Assembly: GCF_001194135.2 (NCBI RefSeq)
Contig: NC_069000.1
Coordinates: forward strand, 39,377,573 to 39,441,572
DNA length: 64,000 nt
Direction of reading: 5' to 3'
Source of the DNA: Octopus bimaculoides
Taxonomy: Eukaryota
Shown: positions 13,695 to 27,596 of the stretch, piece after piece
How the letters are laid out: every line of letters starts with the position of its first letter
Position numbering within the stretch: position 1 is the stretch's first letter
The notes under the pieces: model-generated
What the model was told of the DNA's origin: nothing
Database searches by the model: none
What the model saw: only the letters and a program-made list of their open reading frames with translations
Translations under genes and position numbers: made by a program

Positions 13695-15915
13695 TTATAG
13701 ATGGAGAGACAGACAGACAGACAGACGGATAAGATTCAGAATTAAAGCATACTCTTCAAGTACGTTGATATTTTCAGATGTTTGAAATTTTAAAGCGTTT
13801 ATACCTAAAATAAGTAGAGAAAACGTTTCATTTATAACATCACAAATTTTGACATTTCATTTAAGTGCTCGTGTAAATGAATAGCTTTGTCGAAGCACAA
13901 AACGCATTAAAAACCTTTTAATATTAAATTCAGTAAAGAAGAAAGATAATATTTTGAGATATCTTTAAATATAATCGTAAATTAAATAGAAATACGAAGA
14001 ATATATATTCTTTGAAACATTGAAATATTACTGTTTTTGTCCTCTTCACAGACTCGATTCATAACTACAATGACATATCTGTAACACATTAATAATTTAT
14101 GCTAGCTTAGCCATTCAAAGTACAGGTGATCAAAACATTAGATAAACATCGTCAATAGATATACTAATACCCCATCTTAAATGAATAGTTTTTCAACGCT
14201 ATATTGTACATTTATCATGTTTCAAAGTAATTTTTGATATGTAATAGTGATCTACGCTACATTCCGTCTGACTGATTTCTCGGTGGGTAGGTTCGTCTCG
14301 TTTGTAAATTATCATCCACATGCATTTTTTAAATTCAATCGTTCTTTATATATCTTACCAAAATTTTTTTCATTGGGAAGAATGGTAAAACTCATCGTGT
14401 TGTTGTTATCGTAGATGTTGTTGTTGTCGTCGTCGTCGTCGTTGTTGTTGTCGTCGTCGTCGTCGTTGTTGTTGTTGTTGTTGTTGTTAGTATTATTATT
14501 ATTTCCTTTTTCCTAGACTCTACACTTATTTGAAATTCCCCTTCATATTTTCCTTTATCCATCATCTCACGCTTCCATCTTTCTCATCACTGCAAGTTTA
14601 TTCTTCCACGCTTCCATCTTATTTCCCTATCTGCTCTACTCATTCTTCTTCTTTGTCAAATTTCTACGATTCATCTATTTTCAGTTAGTCTTTTTTTCAG
14701 TGTTCATTGATGTTCTCTCATTCATTCAATCACTTTTCTCTCCTACTGTTCGCCATACGATTCCATCCACCGCATTCCTTCGTTTTTTTTTTCTTAATCG
14801 CAGTCATCTCCTTACTCTATTTCTTGCTTTCTTTCCTTATTTGTATTCCCTACCCCTTTCATGTTCGTTCGGTGCATCGCTCCCGTCTTTATTCAAATTC
14901 TCTGTCGTTAACTGATTTTTTTCCCCCATTTTATGTTATACTGTCGATGCTATGTTTATCGACATTAGCTTAGACTCAATTTATTTCAAATGTTCATCCA
15001 GTCGGTCGCTTCTACTATTTTCTGATTCTGTTCATTTTCATCAATGGTGATTTCTACACATTTTACTATTATCTATATCTCCCACTGGTATTTCTATTTT
15101 GTTTTTATTTTACTTTCCAAGATACAAATAATCTCTTCCTCTCTCTCTCTTTCTCTGTTATCTCTCTCTCTTTCTCTCTCTTTCTCTCTCTTTCTCTCTC
15201 TTTCTCTCTCTTTCTCTCTCTTTCTCTCTCTCTTTCTCTCTCTTTCTCTCTCTTTCTCTCCCTCTCNNNNNNNNNNNNNNNNNNNNNNNNNNNNNNNNNN
15301 NNNNNNNNNNNNNNNNNNNNNNNNNNNNNNNNNNNNNNNNNNNNNNNNNNNNNNNNNNNNNNNNNNNNNNNNNNNNNNNNNNNNNNNNNNNNNNNNNNNN
15401 NNNNNNNNNNNNNNNNNNNNNNNNNNNNNNNNNNNNNNNNNNNNNNNNNNNNNNNNNNNNNNNNNNNNNNNNNNNNNNNNNNNNNNNNNNNNNNNNNNNN
15501 NNNNNNNNNNNNNNNNNNNNNNNNNNNNNNNNNNNNNNNNNNNNNNNNNNNNNNNNNNNNNNNNNNNNNNNNNNNNNNNNNNNNNNNNNNNNNNNNNNNN
15601 NNNNNNNNNNNNNNNNNNNNNNNNNNNNNNNNNNNNNNNNNNNNNNNNNNNNNNNNNNNNNNNNNNNNNNNNNNNNNNNNNNNNNNNNNNNNNNNNNNNN
15701 NNNNNNNNNNNNNNNNNNNNNNNNNNNNNNNNNNNNNNNNNNNNNNNNNNNNNNNNNNNNNNNNNNNNNNNNNNNNNNNNNNNNNNNNNNNNNNNNNNNN
15801 NNNNNNNNNNNNNNNNNNNNNNNNNNNNNNNNNNNNNNNNNNNNNNNNNNNNNNNNNNNNNNNNNNNNNNNNNNNNNNNNNNNNNNNNNNNNNNNNNNNN
15901 NNNNNNNNNNNNNNN

Positions 15916-15952
15916 ATGACGAAGGGAAATAGCCCTGAAACTCGAGTCGCCT
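15916..15952 (+). ncRNA. Minimal type-I hammerhead-ribozyme-like motif (Penelope-type)
   Basis: (a)TGACGA-AGGG-aaatag-CCCT-GAAA-C-tcga-GTC: core, stem II, and stem III with a palindromic loop and GUC site. The first base after the gap is A rather than C3, and the stem I 5' strand lies in the gap. Confidence 0.55.
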
Positions 15953-16496
15953 TTATATATATATATTTATATTTTTATATTTATATATTTGATCCTTTAT
16001 ATTGAACACTCAATATTTCATCTACATTCAATACTTTCTTTCATGGTGCCATCCATTTTTATTTTATTTTATTTTATATTGTATATTGTATATCATATTA
16101 TATATTGTATATTCCATATTCTATACCCCACATTGGTTCTGCAGGAATATAAATAAAACATAAAAAACAGACAGTGTTGGAACTCTTTTAAACAAAATAA
16201 TATATTCCTCTATAGATACAGAGAGAGAGAGATAGCTACCTAGATAGAGATAGATAGATAGATACAGAGAGAGAGAGAGATAGCTACCTAGATAGAGAAA
16301 GGTACCTAGATAGAGAGAGAGAGATAGAGAGATAGATATATAGATAGAAAGACAGATGCAGAAACGTGTGTATACATTCTTCGTATGTGTGTGCGCGATT
16401 GTGCGCGTATGATTGCCAAGGAATGTATGACATTTTTGCTATCTTTTAACTGATACTAGTTATTCAAATTTCACATGTTGTTAACCTAACACATCA

Positions 16497-16605
16497 TTCA
16501 TTTTTCAATGTACTCCCCTTCGCAAGATTTCTGCCCTACATATGATTCACCATGTAGAAATGAAAACATGCATGATCCGGACTGTACAGTGGTTGCGGAG
16601 AAGCC
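16497..16605 (-). mobile_element. Internally deleted mariner transposase remnant
   Basis: Minus strand reads YSPDHACFHF (cf. YSPDLAPxDF) and then EGEYIEK* (cf. GDYVEK*). Confidence 0.45.
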
Positions 16606-16834
16606 CTAACCAACCCAAGTTACAGTTTGATTTATTGATGAAGATAGGGGAGGTCAAAAATTGCCAAGGGGAATATCATTGAGACAGAATCTGAATGTGC
16701 GTCTCCATAACTGCATCAGTCAGTAAATATAGTCTTCTACTACGATGCATATTATTGTGTAGATCTTTTGTCGCCACGCGTGATTTCTCACTATAAACGT
16801 CGACGTGACTGTGTGGTGTGGAGCTTGTTTTTCC

Positions 16835-16913
16835 ATGGTATTCTACTATACTCTCAAGCCAATGTGTGAGTAGATTTGGTAGACAGAGATGGAACGAATC
16901 CTATCGTGTGTGT

Positions 16914-16988
<75 letters not shown>

Positions 16989-17035
16989 TATCTGTGTTTG
17001 CCTCACTGTTGCTTAACAGCCGGTTTTTATTCGTA
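16835..17035 (+). mobile_element. Family-D SINE body with internal (TG)n
   Basis: ttctactata...tgtgagtagatttggtagacagagatggaacgaatcctatcg, then (TG)n, then tctgtgtttgcctcactgttgcttaacagccgg. Same organisation as the copies at 22243, 30146 and 41503. Confidence 0.6.
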
Positions 17036-17679
17036 AATTAGTCCTTATATATGTTAGTCTGTTATCTTGAACATGGAATGAGAAATATAAAGCAAGAATA
17101 ACATTTATACAAAAAGACATTGAAAATGTTTTCAGCAGAACATTATAAAGTAAGAAATAATTACTTATACAAACTTAACACTATATAATGGAAAGTTTTA
17201 ACGACACAATGTAGGCAATGTTACAAACACATATTCCAAGATGAGACCGTAAATATTCAATATATTGTAGCTTACATAAAAACAGGAGCCAAAGAGAGTT
17301 CTAGATATCTAGATAACATCATGCCCATGTGCGGTATCTAAAAGATTGTTATTTGGAATAAATTCTTGAAGTAAACAACCCAGAATCATTCAAATTTTAT
17401 ACAAACATAGTTAATAATAGTTAAAATTGGTTGAAGCTTTAAAACTATCGTACTCCATTTTAAATCTATAAAAATTGATTGTAAAAATTTGTAAGAGATA
17501 AATGGATAAATCCTAATATCTTCTGTAAAGTTGCATAGAAGAATACGACTCACATTTACATGGACATACATAAACGTACACACACGCATATACACCCACA
17601 CATATATATAAATACACTCAATACATATATGAGTGTGTGTGTATATTCTTATATAAGCTCAGATATCTACAGATATAAT

Positions 17680-17687
<8 letters not shown>

Positions 17688-17773
<86 letters not shown>

Positions 17774-17842
17774 GTTGTGTTTATGGGTTGTGTGTGTGTG
17801 TGTGTGCGCGCGTGTATGTGTGTGTGTGTGTGTGTGTGTGCG
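17688..17842. repeat. Long (TG)n microsatellite (one of many; others at 12700, 16910, 22460, 33890, 56860)
   Basis: Direct reading of the sequence. Confidence 0.95.
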
Positions 17843-18559
17843 TATATTCAGAAAGTAATATATGATGTATGCGTACATACAAACATTGTAACGTTGCAGT
17901 TTATAAAAATCATTTCTCTTTCAAAATCTACATTAATAGATTATACAGACGATGTAATTCTCGACCAGAAACGGCTGTTAACGGGAAGGAATGAGACCAC
18001 AAGCATCAATAAATATTCAGTTTTGTAATTTCATGAAATATCTTTCAATGGCCACAATTCGTCGAATTTTGATAATTTTGCACCATAAATTTTATTTTAA
18101 AATTTTCGCCGTATCACAGTGTAGTAGAGTGATCGTGAAGGTCGTTTTAATGAATCCCTTCGTTAAATGCGCCCCTCTTCTTTTACCGTTGAGACAAAAC
18201 CATAAGCAGACGTACAGAAAGCCATCCGTGTGCATACACACGCATACACACACACACGCGCATGCAAACTCACATAGTCACACGCACACACATTCAGGAA
18301 CACTCGCAAACTCTCAATAAGTACATATGTGAGATGCGTTCAAAAAGTATCAGGTACAATTTTTGTTGCCAAAAGTAACGCCGTGGGGGCAAAATTTTAT
18401 TGGTGGGAGATGAAGCAACGCTTCTTCTTCTTCTTGTGCACAAGCAAAAAGTTACGAGCAGGTATGCCGTAACAAAGCCCGGCTGTTCTAGACTGTATAC
18501 ACACTCTCACATACACACGCACGAGCACCTTCGTTTTGAGATCACCAATACTTTATTAT

Positions 18560-18800
18560 CTCCCCTTTTCTCTAGCCTTCCTGTCTAACGACCTTTATCT
18601 AGCCAATCGGCGTGATTGACAGCTAGCACCAAAAGTCTTTTTTAAAAATTCTCTCTCTGTTTCCTCGTATTCCTTCTGTTGAAGAGCGAACGCTCGAAAC
18701 TTAAAAATACTTTCTCACTTTCCCGAGCGTTAAACAAATACACCTGTTTGTTGTTTATACACATATCTTCCTCTCTTGTTTTTCTGTAAATTTCAACTAT
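18560..18800 (+). mobile_element. PLE-type repeat with hammerhead-like motif, ending in (TA)n
   Basis: Homologous to 63080-63255 (ctgt(t/c)gaagag...gctcgaaac...actttctcactt...cgttaaac(a/t)aatac...aaatt(t/c)tca.ctatatat). Confidence 0.65.
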
Positions 18801-19442
18801 ATATATATATATGTGTGTGTGTGTATGTGTGTGTGTGTGCGTGCGTATATATGTATATATATATATATATAATTGAAAGAGGAAAACACGTATAGAGATT
18901 GAAACAGAGAATATGGGAGACAGACCAATATTTTTGTCTACGTATAAATGTATAAAGAGGAATCAAACTTCTCGGTGTCTTCTTTTTATTTTATTCTAGT
19001 ATGTCTGTCGATGAAGTGTTTGTTAGTTTAAAGTTCAAAGAATCTAATTAATCTGTTTTTCTTGATTTACATCTAAGATCTCTTTCAGATTGATAACATT
19101 TGAACAGTAATGTAATTCTCCCTTCCATCTTCTCAGCTACCCCCGACCCACTCTTTCTTTTCCTACCTCTCTCTCTTTCTCACCCACTGTCTCCGTATCT
19201 CACTCTCTCTCTCTCTCTCTTTCCTTCACAGTTGCATAATTCCAGTTAATTCCATACACGTAATTTAATTCAAAATGAAAAAATAACTCCCGTACCATGT
19301 TTTTGTCATACCAATAAACATTCATATTCACATACACACACAAACACTCACATACGCACACTCACACCAACACTAACACTTACACATGTGTGAATATGTC
19401 ACTATGTACGACTGTATGTGTGTGTGTATACATACATATATG

Positions 19443-19476
<34 letters not shown>

Positions 19477-19920
19477 TACACATACACACAGGTGAAAGGG
19501 AGGACTACATGACTGTATACATATATATTTAAATACACACATGTTTATATGTGTGTGTATCATATATATATATATATGCGTGTGTGCGAGTAATCATAGA
19601 TACACATAGGTGTACATATGTGTGTGTATACACACGTATGTATATATGCATATACATATATGTATATATATATATATANNNNNNNNNNNNNNNNNNNNNN
19701 NNNNNNNNNNNNNNNNNNNNNNNNNNNNNNNNNNNNNNNNNNNNNNNNNNNNNNNNNNNNNNNNNNNNNNNNNNNNNNNNNNNNNNNNNNNNNNNNNNNN
19801 NNNNNNNNNNNNNNNNNNNNNNNNNNNNNNNNNNNNNNNNNNNNNNNNNNNNNNNNNNNNNNNNNNNNNNNNNNNNNNNNNNNNNNNNNNNNNNNNNNNN
19901 NNNNNNNNNNNNNNNNNNNN

Positions 19921-19955
<35 letters not shown>

Positions 19956-20566
19956 TATATATATACTGTTTTTTATATGTGGAATAGATAGATAGATATA
20001 CGTTTGTGTGCAGAAAATGTAACTTTTGCGTCTATGTGTGGCTGTATGCCTGTATATGCGCGTGTGTATGCTTGTGTGGATGTATACTGTTGTTTGATAT
20101 TTTTTAACAATTAGATCTATTATATTCAATAGTTCATCTCATGGTCCATTGAGTGAGCGTAAACGGAACATGTTTGCCTAAAGATTAAATCTGCAAAATT
20201 CAATTATTTGTTCTACATTTAGCTGTAACCTATACAAATTGTTCTTTAGAATTCCGCTGTCCTTCATCTTAAAGTAAACACTTAATCTATCCAAATACAC
20301 ACACACGCACACATGCCCACACACGCGCGCGCACGCTACTACGGACACACGTACACATGTATAATTATATGGTTGTCTATTTATGCTTTGAAATGTTTGC
20401 ATGTCTCGTTAATATCACATACTAAACATCCATCTTTTTGCAATTGATGAGGCTGCTCTTTTTCGTTAATTTCATTTCTTGCCGTACATTGATAAGTATT
20501 TTGATGATTCTACTAATCATGACATACACTCAATAATAATAATAATAATAATAATAGTAATAATAA

Positions 20567-21120
20567 TAAATGCCTTGATGCAATACCAGGCAGTGGCTGT
20601 CATGGCTTCTCATCTTAATTGATTGGAAGTGTTATCACGTACATTGTTTTTGTCTTGGTGTAAAGGATGGGCTACAGAAAATATTCTGCTCAATACCACA
20701 GATTTGCTCGTCATTTGTTTGACCTTAATGAGTTGAACATGACCCCTTAGTGGCTGACAATATGTGCATCTCTGGATAGATGGGAGAGCATCATAGCCAT
20801 GAGTCAAGAGGAATTCTTTGGAGTTTGGATAATTCACTTTTGGAAACATGGTTTTTTGGTTCAACATCTTCTAACAGCCTTTATTCAGGAAACTTATGAG
20901 CTGGGTGGGATACTCGACCTGAAGAAAATTTCAACGGGGCCCCACCTGTAACGTCATGTGCTGTTAATCTTGACATGAGATCACCATGTCGTACAGACAT
21001 GGTTGTGATGCATGTGCCTGGTGTACCCTTATCAGGCAGGTAATCATGATGTGTGCACTGGGCTTCGTATATTTTACCATGATGTCACTTTGATGGCATG
21101 CACTGCTCTCTCACTCACTA
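20567..21120 (+). mobile_element. ~550-bp non-coding interspersed element flanked by (AAT)n on both sides
   Basis: 20567-20935 is the reverse complement of 44693-45069, and both copies have the same boundary with (AAT)n. The element continues to ...ctctctcactcact followed by aataataat. Confidence 0.7.
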
Positions 21121-21140
21121 ATAATAATCATCTCTGTTAT

Positions 21141-21224
21141 AGGCACGAGGCATGAAGTTTTGTGGGGTGGGGACTAGTCGATTACATCGACCCCAAAATT
21201 AATTTCACAAGTACTTAATGTATC
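21141..21224 (-). mobile_element. Family-B SINE 3' fragment
   Basis: aggcacgaggcatgaagttttgtggggtggggactagtcgattacatcgacccc...gtacttaat matches the tail of the 33341 and 52506 copies. Confidence 0.65.
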
Positions 21225-21227
21225 TTC

Positions 21228-21410
21228 TTTGCGCCTCTTTCCATGATGGGGGCCGATTTGGGATTTCAGACAGAAATTTGTCCAGATGCTTTTTGAACAT
21301 TTCCCCATCTTCACTTTGCAGATGTCTTTGGTTCCTTGGCAGGATGTTAAACTCAAGCTGTTGCAATACTGGGTCCTTATCTGAGATGAAGAAGACGGAA
21401 TTTTTTTTAT
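21228..21410 (-). mobile_element. CR1-group LINE ORF2 C-terminal remnant
   Basis: Minus strand: FNILPRNQRHLQSEDGEMFKKHLDKFLSEIPNRP (cf. RLFNxLPxxLR...FKxxLDKFLxxIPDxP). Confidence 0.55.
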
Positions 21411-22242
21411 ATTATGCAGTGCCGTCCAGTTCGGCGGTTGGTATAATTTTTAATTCCTAAGCTGGGAGCTAGACTTTCTAAGGATCTTCCGTATGTATTT
21501 CACTGCATACCTTTCCCATCTTCACTCCAGGGAGTGGAGCTATACATATGTATAGACGCATTATTGGGTACACTAATGTACATGATATGCATTCATTTAC
21601 CACTATATATTCATTTCCTTTGTCTGTGCAACTCTGTTCACATATGCATATATATAATATACATGTAAATATTAACTTATGTAAGTGAATGAATTTTGTA
21701 CGTGTATACATGTGTGTTTGTGTGTGTCTGCCTATTTCTGTGTATGTCTGTGTGTGAATAACATATGCATTGTGTATACTTTAATATATTGATTTAATGC
21801 TTGAGTGCTATGAAAATATATATTAACGTAATTTAATAGCTAATCTTTTAATATGTTGTTACATTCCAATATATTAGTACTTAAATCCAATAACCACAGC
21901 AGGACCCAGTTTGTGTAAATATAAGTTGGTTAAAAGGAATGTTCACAGCAAATTGAATACATTTATCTATAACTAAATTAATATATTTCGAGTCTCTCTC
22001 TCTCTGATTGACTTCTTACGGCTGTTTCCACAACTCTAATGCAAATACACTCATACATATATCCATCAGGAAATTAGTATCTACAATTGCATATTTAATA
22101 AATTTCAATTAGATCAGTAAACAGTTCCAACGGGGAGTATAATTGAAGTTTCAAATTGATATTTGATTTTATAGCCGGCTAAAACGGTTTACTCGTTTAA
22201 TTTGGATTATGCATAATAATTGGGGTTTTTTTTAATCTTTTG

Positions 22243-22458
22243 TTTGTTTCGGTCGTTGGAGTACGACCATGTTGGGGCATTGCTTTGAAATATTTTTCTC
22301 GAAGAAATCGACCATAGTATTTACTCTTTTAAAAGGCTGGAACATATTCCATCGTTCCGTTTTGGGGAAACCGCTACATCACAGGGAGGATAGCTAACCA
22401 GCACCAGTTGTTACGCGTTGGTGGTGGACAAGCACAAATTACACACAGACACTCAAGG

Positions 22459-22470
<12 letters not shown>
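22243..22470 (-). mobile_element. Family-D SINE 3' half adjoining a long (CA)n
   Basis: gtttcggtcgttggagtacgaccatgttggggcat...gaagaaatcgacc...aaccagcaccagttgt aligns with 41503-41730 and runs into (CA)n at ~22460-22550. Confidence 0.6.
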
Positions 22471-22554
<84 letters not shown>

Positions 22555-23342
22555 ACACACACATATATATATGTATATATATGTATACACACATATATAG
22601 AATTTCCTATTTCAACTAATAAAGCCTACATTATATTTATTTGGCAGTTAAGACGAATATCAAACTTCCCAATGCTGACATAATGGCTACATACATCCCT
22701 CGTCGTCGCACCTATTAGCCAAAAATTCGAAAATATTATTTATCAATTACGAGTATACGTTTTTTTTCCCACGACACAATTTTTGTTTTTTATCGTCGTA
22801 TGTTTTTATGGACTACATCTATTTACGCTACTATATTCATTGCATACTTACATCAGTAACATATTTTAATTCAAAAAAACAAATAAAAAATCAGATCCAA
22901 GTATACGAAGACACTAATTAATGGTTACTCTATTAAGTATATATTTAATCCGTATAATAGATTAATTCAACAAGACTATAACCCAGGTATTCTAGAGAAG
23001 CAAAGCCATCTCATAAATGTCCCTGATATTGAAAATCAAGCGACAGAGATACGCAAGAATGCAGACAATAATTTTGCCCCAGCACCGAATTTCTTGCATG
23101 TAAAGATCTACTAGGCTATGGACAGTATTTGTAAATAGTAATTAGAGATTTACATCCTATAAGAAAGCTGTCGACATAATCTAAAAGCTTGTTCAAAAAT
23201 TAGATATTTAGCTTCAGGCATACTTGTGTGGTTTCTGCGCTTCAGTTTTTAATTAGTATGTCATACATAAAATGTATTGAGTTCCATTGTTGATACATTG
23301 ATGCAAAAATACATGCACTGGCAAACAGACATACAAATATGT

Positions 23343-23385
<43 letters not shown>

Positions 23386-26014
23386 CGAAGAAAGAGAAAC
23401 AGACAGAGAAATATAAGCCAATACATACAAACATACAAGAAACATGTTTGTGAAGAACTATTCAATGATATTTGAATTTCATTTTCCCAATGAAAGCTCA
23501 TTAGTCAAATCTCAATTCTGAAATTTTGTCGGAAATATATGTAGATTATATATATGTAGATTATATATGTAGATTATTGCTTCTCATATCTTATGAAATT
23601 AATCTTTAAATTCATTTAGCCGTCTGCATCATTAACAAAAATCCCATTTTTTTTTCTTATGTTTGTTAATCAAACGTCCATTATCGTTCTCACGTTAGAG
23701 CTTATCTACAGTCGATTCGATGCCAATGTGTTACATTTGCAATAATAGATTTTATGTATATCATCTATATGGATCTAGTGCTTCATTCTTTCTCTGCTCA
23801 CGTGTGTACCCTTCATGTTCAACTTGTTAGGCGTCTCTAATTTAATGATGCAGATTGGATTTTGCTTGTCTCAATTATAGGCTAAATTATAATGAGTTAT
23901 ATTAGAAAATGTTATTGTCTTTTCTTTGTTGGTATTGGTATAGATATTCTTATAATTCCTAGGACGCTAATCGTTGTACTTGATATTGATGTCGTCAATG
24001 AATTATAAATTAGAGTGTACATTGTTACTTTGTGAAATGGTGACTACGTTACGTTGTAACTAATCTCCGAGTACATGAATGACAATATTATTCAGGTATT
24101 TCTAATGATAATGTTACCTGTTATTTGCTAAAACAGATTGCTGATCGGTTTTCTCAATTTATTGAACATCTGAGATTTAATGATTTTTGCGGCTTTTCCT
24201 CATTTGCATCCTGTTGGTTCTTATGTTGTTTGTTGTAATTAGATTCTTACTATTAAATTTTATACGTGTCTTTGTAAAACTAATATCCATTGATCTATTG
24301 ATTCCCGTTATAGTTTACAGACAAGCTATTAAAGTTGCTCTGTAGTCTTTCCCGAAGTGATTTCACTCTACATGTTCGTGATTAGCTTGTTTTTGTCTTC
24401 ATCAATTAACTTTGTGAGTATAATTTTGGCATGAATTGAAACGGACATGCTACACTTTTGCTGTAAATTGTGGGGTCTAAATTTGGTTCTTGAATGGAAT
24501 ATTGTCTTCATGTTTTTTTGTTTTTTTTGTTACGAAAATGATTTAGCAATTTACGACATATTTCTTTCTGGGCACAGCGTCAAATAACAAATATTTTTGT
24601 TTACATTATTTTATACCACGCGATGATGAATCTTTTCGTGTGATTCTGTTAATAGTTTTTCTCCTTTCATTGTTTAAGGATCTTGTTCAAAGCCTCCTAC
24701 ACTATATTGTTTTCACACTTCTGAAAATCGAACTCTATTTTTATCTTTCCAGAGCAAATAACCCTGCATTATTATAATTATCGAGTTCTTTCTCCGATTT
24801 TCATACTTTTAGGGATATATGCGTTACATAAATAAGCTGCTATCTATCTTCACCTCATTCACAAATAATGAAGTCCTTTTCTTCGATCCTTTCATGAAGA
24901 GATGAAAGAGATGAGATTTGAAAGATGGAAAACATGTTTTTTCAGTCGCTCCAATAACATTTTGGTAAATGAAAAGAATGTTTCAGTTTTCTAGAAACAA
25001 CAGCTAAATGTCTCGTTAATTACTTATTACATAGTTCAAACTATGGCAACACATTGGAAAATTAAATCCAATTACTAGCATAAAATAGAAAGTAAAAAGT
25101 AAATACTGTCTCATGCTGGAGCTAAAAACAGTATTATTATTATTAACAACATTATTACTAAGAACATTATTATTATTTAAAGGATTGTAAAACACGGTAC
25201 CATATAAAAAGAAAAACCATTCGCACCGAAAGTATATAGAAAGTATGTTTACATAAAAACAAGTACGAGCTATTATCGTTCTTAAGTTTGACAGAAACGG
25301 GGAGGCTGCTTCACAGCTGCAAAGGTGACTCACTTAGTCGCGTTAGCAAAGGGATGTAGGTTTGAGCCCCACGCAAATAGGAAAGCCATTTTTTTTTTGT
25401 TTTTTCGACCTTCGATTACTGCTGGTCTGAAGAGAAGGCTATCCATTCGGAGAAGAATTTCTTGGTGACGCAGGTTTTAACGTTTGCCCTCATGATCTGC
25501 AGCTACTTATTCAGGACTTTGTACGACTTGAACGCCCGTGGGTTTTCAGGAGGGTAGACAAGGAGCGGCTTAATCTCCAAGTCTCCACTCGCCTTGACAC
25601 AAAGGGCGAAAGTTAACCTATCTTTCATAGGTTTGTGACCTGGCATTTTCTTCTCTGCAATTATGTAGGTTCTTCTAGGCATTTTTTCCTAAATGTAGGA
25701 GACGGACGTTAAACAACTACGGATAGTTCAAGGCTTTAGTAGAAAAATCATGTTCAAGGCTTTAGCAGAGAAATTAATACGACATTTGGATTTTAAAATG
25801 CTACCAGGCAAATTTGAGGTGAGGGAAATTTGTAAACAGCAGAAATACCTTGGTGCATATGAAATGCAATTAAGAAATTGAAAGCTGTTGCTGGCTCACA
25901 AGTCATTAAGTACCAGTCATGTAGTCAGAATACAACAGGTCGAACTGAATGAAAAGCTTATGAAGAAGAATTATATTCACAGATTACAAAGTAAACGAAG
26001 TTCACAGACACGAT

Positions 26015-26149
26015 CTGGCCATGGTTACAACTGCTTCAGTCAACACATATAAAGACTGACTAAATGATCCATGACACTAATAAGAAACATTCCGTCGGTT
26101 ACGAGATGAGGGTTCCAGTTAATGGGATCAATGGAACAGCCTGCTCGTT
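26015..26149. repeat. Local duplicate of the SINE-A tail/flank junction at 27429-27660
   Basis: ctggccatggttacaactgcttcagtcaacacatataaagactgactaaatgatccatgacactaata is identical to the first 95-bp unit at 27397, and continues as taataagaaaca into a SINE-A 3' end. Confidence 0.85.
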
Positions 26150-27396
26150 AAAAAAAACTTCGTCATTGATGATTAAATTTCAATAAATGGAATTTGTCTG
26201 TTTTGAATATAGGCTCTGTTTACATATCATTGGTATATTTTAAAAATGTAACCATGACTTACACACATATTGGTGATTGTGAAATATCGAAGGAGTAAAA
26301 CCCACATTATTACGTTATTCCTCCCAATTATGTAACCATTAGTGTCTCACCCGCTTTGTTTCTCAGCATGATGAAGGCAGTCACCATTATGTCACATTGA
26401 AGACTACACTTGCTAGTCACCGAGAGCGCCAGTATTGGGAAATACATTGTAAAACTACCATTTATATACATCTCTGAAAATAAGGAACATTGGAGCTATA
26501 TTCCGATGTAAACAGAAATCCTTTGCTAACGCAATCTGTCTGATATTCTCTATAGAACAGAGAACAAAACCGTTCCTTGTGCAGTCTCGGTTGAGCAGCG
26601 CATTTGAATTCTCTCGAAAGTTAAGGAAAAGGTAGTGAGCAGCGTAAATTATTAATTCTTATGTCCTGACTATAGACCTTAATCTTTACAAGATAAACAG
26701 AGATTTGCATAAAATATTATATAAATGCAGAGTTATCGCGAAAGCGAGAAGGCAAATGACACGGCTTTTGGATTAGCAACAGTATTATTGATACTGGAAG
26801 TTATTCAAGGATTACCTCTTTCACAATCTAGGAACAAACATATTAAAAAAATTCTCCTGTTTACAAGTAACATACACACATGCGTGTAGTAAAAAATTAA
26901 TGCTACTCACACACAGGTAGAAGACTCTTATACGCCCATTATATATATAAATATAACGAATTGATATTTACAAAGTATAGACCTATCACGACAAATTTAA
27001 ATAGACATAAATGAACTTGAATAAAATACATAAAGTGTTGATGAATCTGGATAAGTTACAGAAAGGAAAGTCAGCAGACGGACACAAAGCTGTTTTTACA
27101 GGAAAACTCCTATCAGCATGAAAAGTAAAGGATTCCGAAGTCGACGTTATTTGTTGGATGAAAGTTGTATGTACAAAACGTGTGCCTAGGAACGAAGAGT
27201 TACAAGTTAGAATGCGTATAAAATAGAAACAGAAACGTACAATAAATTGTTTGCACTGAGGCAACAAACGATATTGTGTATTCTGATTAGGTATGAGGGG
27301 AAAACGGATTTTGATACTGGCCTATCAATTCTCAGGAACAAGTCATCCTTCAAGTAAGCGCGGTTAGTTACATCGCTGTACAATTTTAGAAAGTCA

Positions 27397-27591
27397 TAAT
27401 ACTGAGATGTGTAACTAGGTCCCAAGCTCTGGCCATGGTTACAACTGCTTCAGTCAACACATATAAAGACTGACTAAATGATCCATGACACTAATACTGA
27501 GATGTGTAACTAGGTCACAAGCTATGGTCATGGTTACAAGTGCTTCAGTCAACACATATAAAGACTGACTACATGATCCATGACACTAATA
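27397..27591. repeat. Tandem duplication, 2 x 95 bp
   Basis: Units start at 27397 and 27492 (taatactgagatgtgtaactaggtc...catgacac) with a few substitutions. Confidence 0.9.
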
Positions 27592-27596
27592 AGAAA

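Noticed and set aside
23600-24960. Possible ancient LINE RT (FIDDI-like motif on the minus strand)
   Set aside because: Motif spacing is inconsistent with any clade I could recognise; too decayed to call.
27397-27591. CRISPR-like or satellite array
   Set aside because: Only two adjacent 95-bp units with no unique spacers, in a eukaryotic context with no cas genes.
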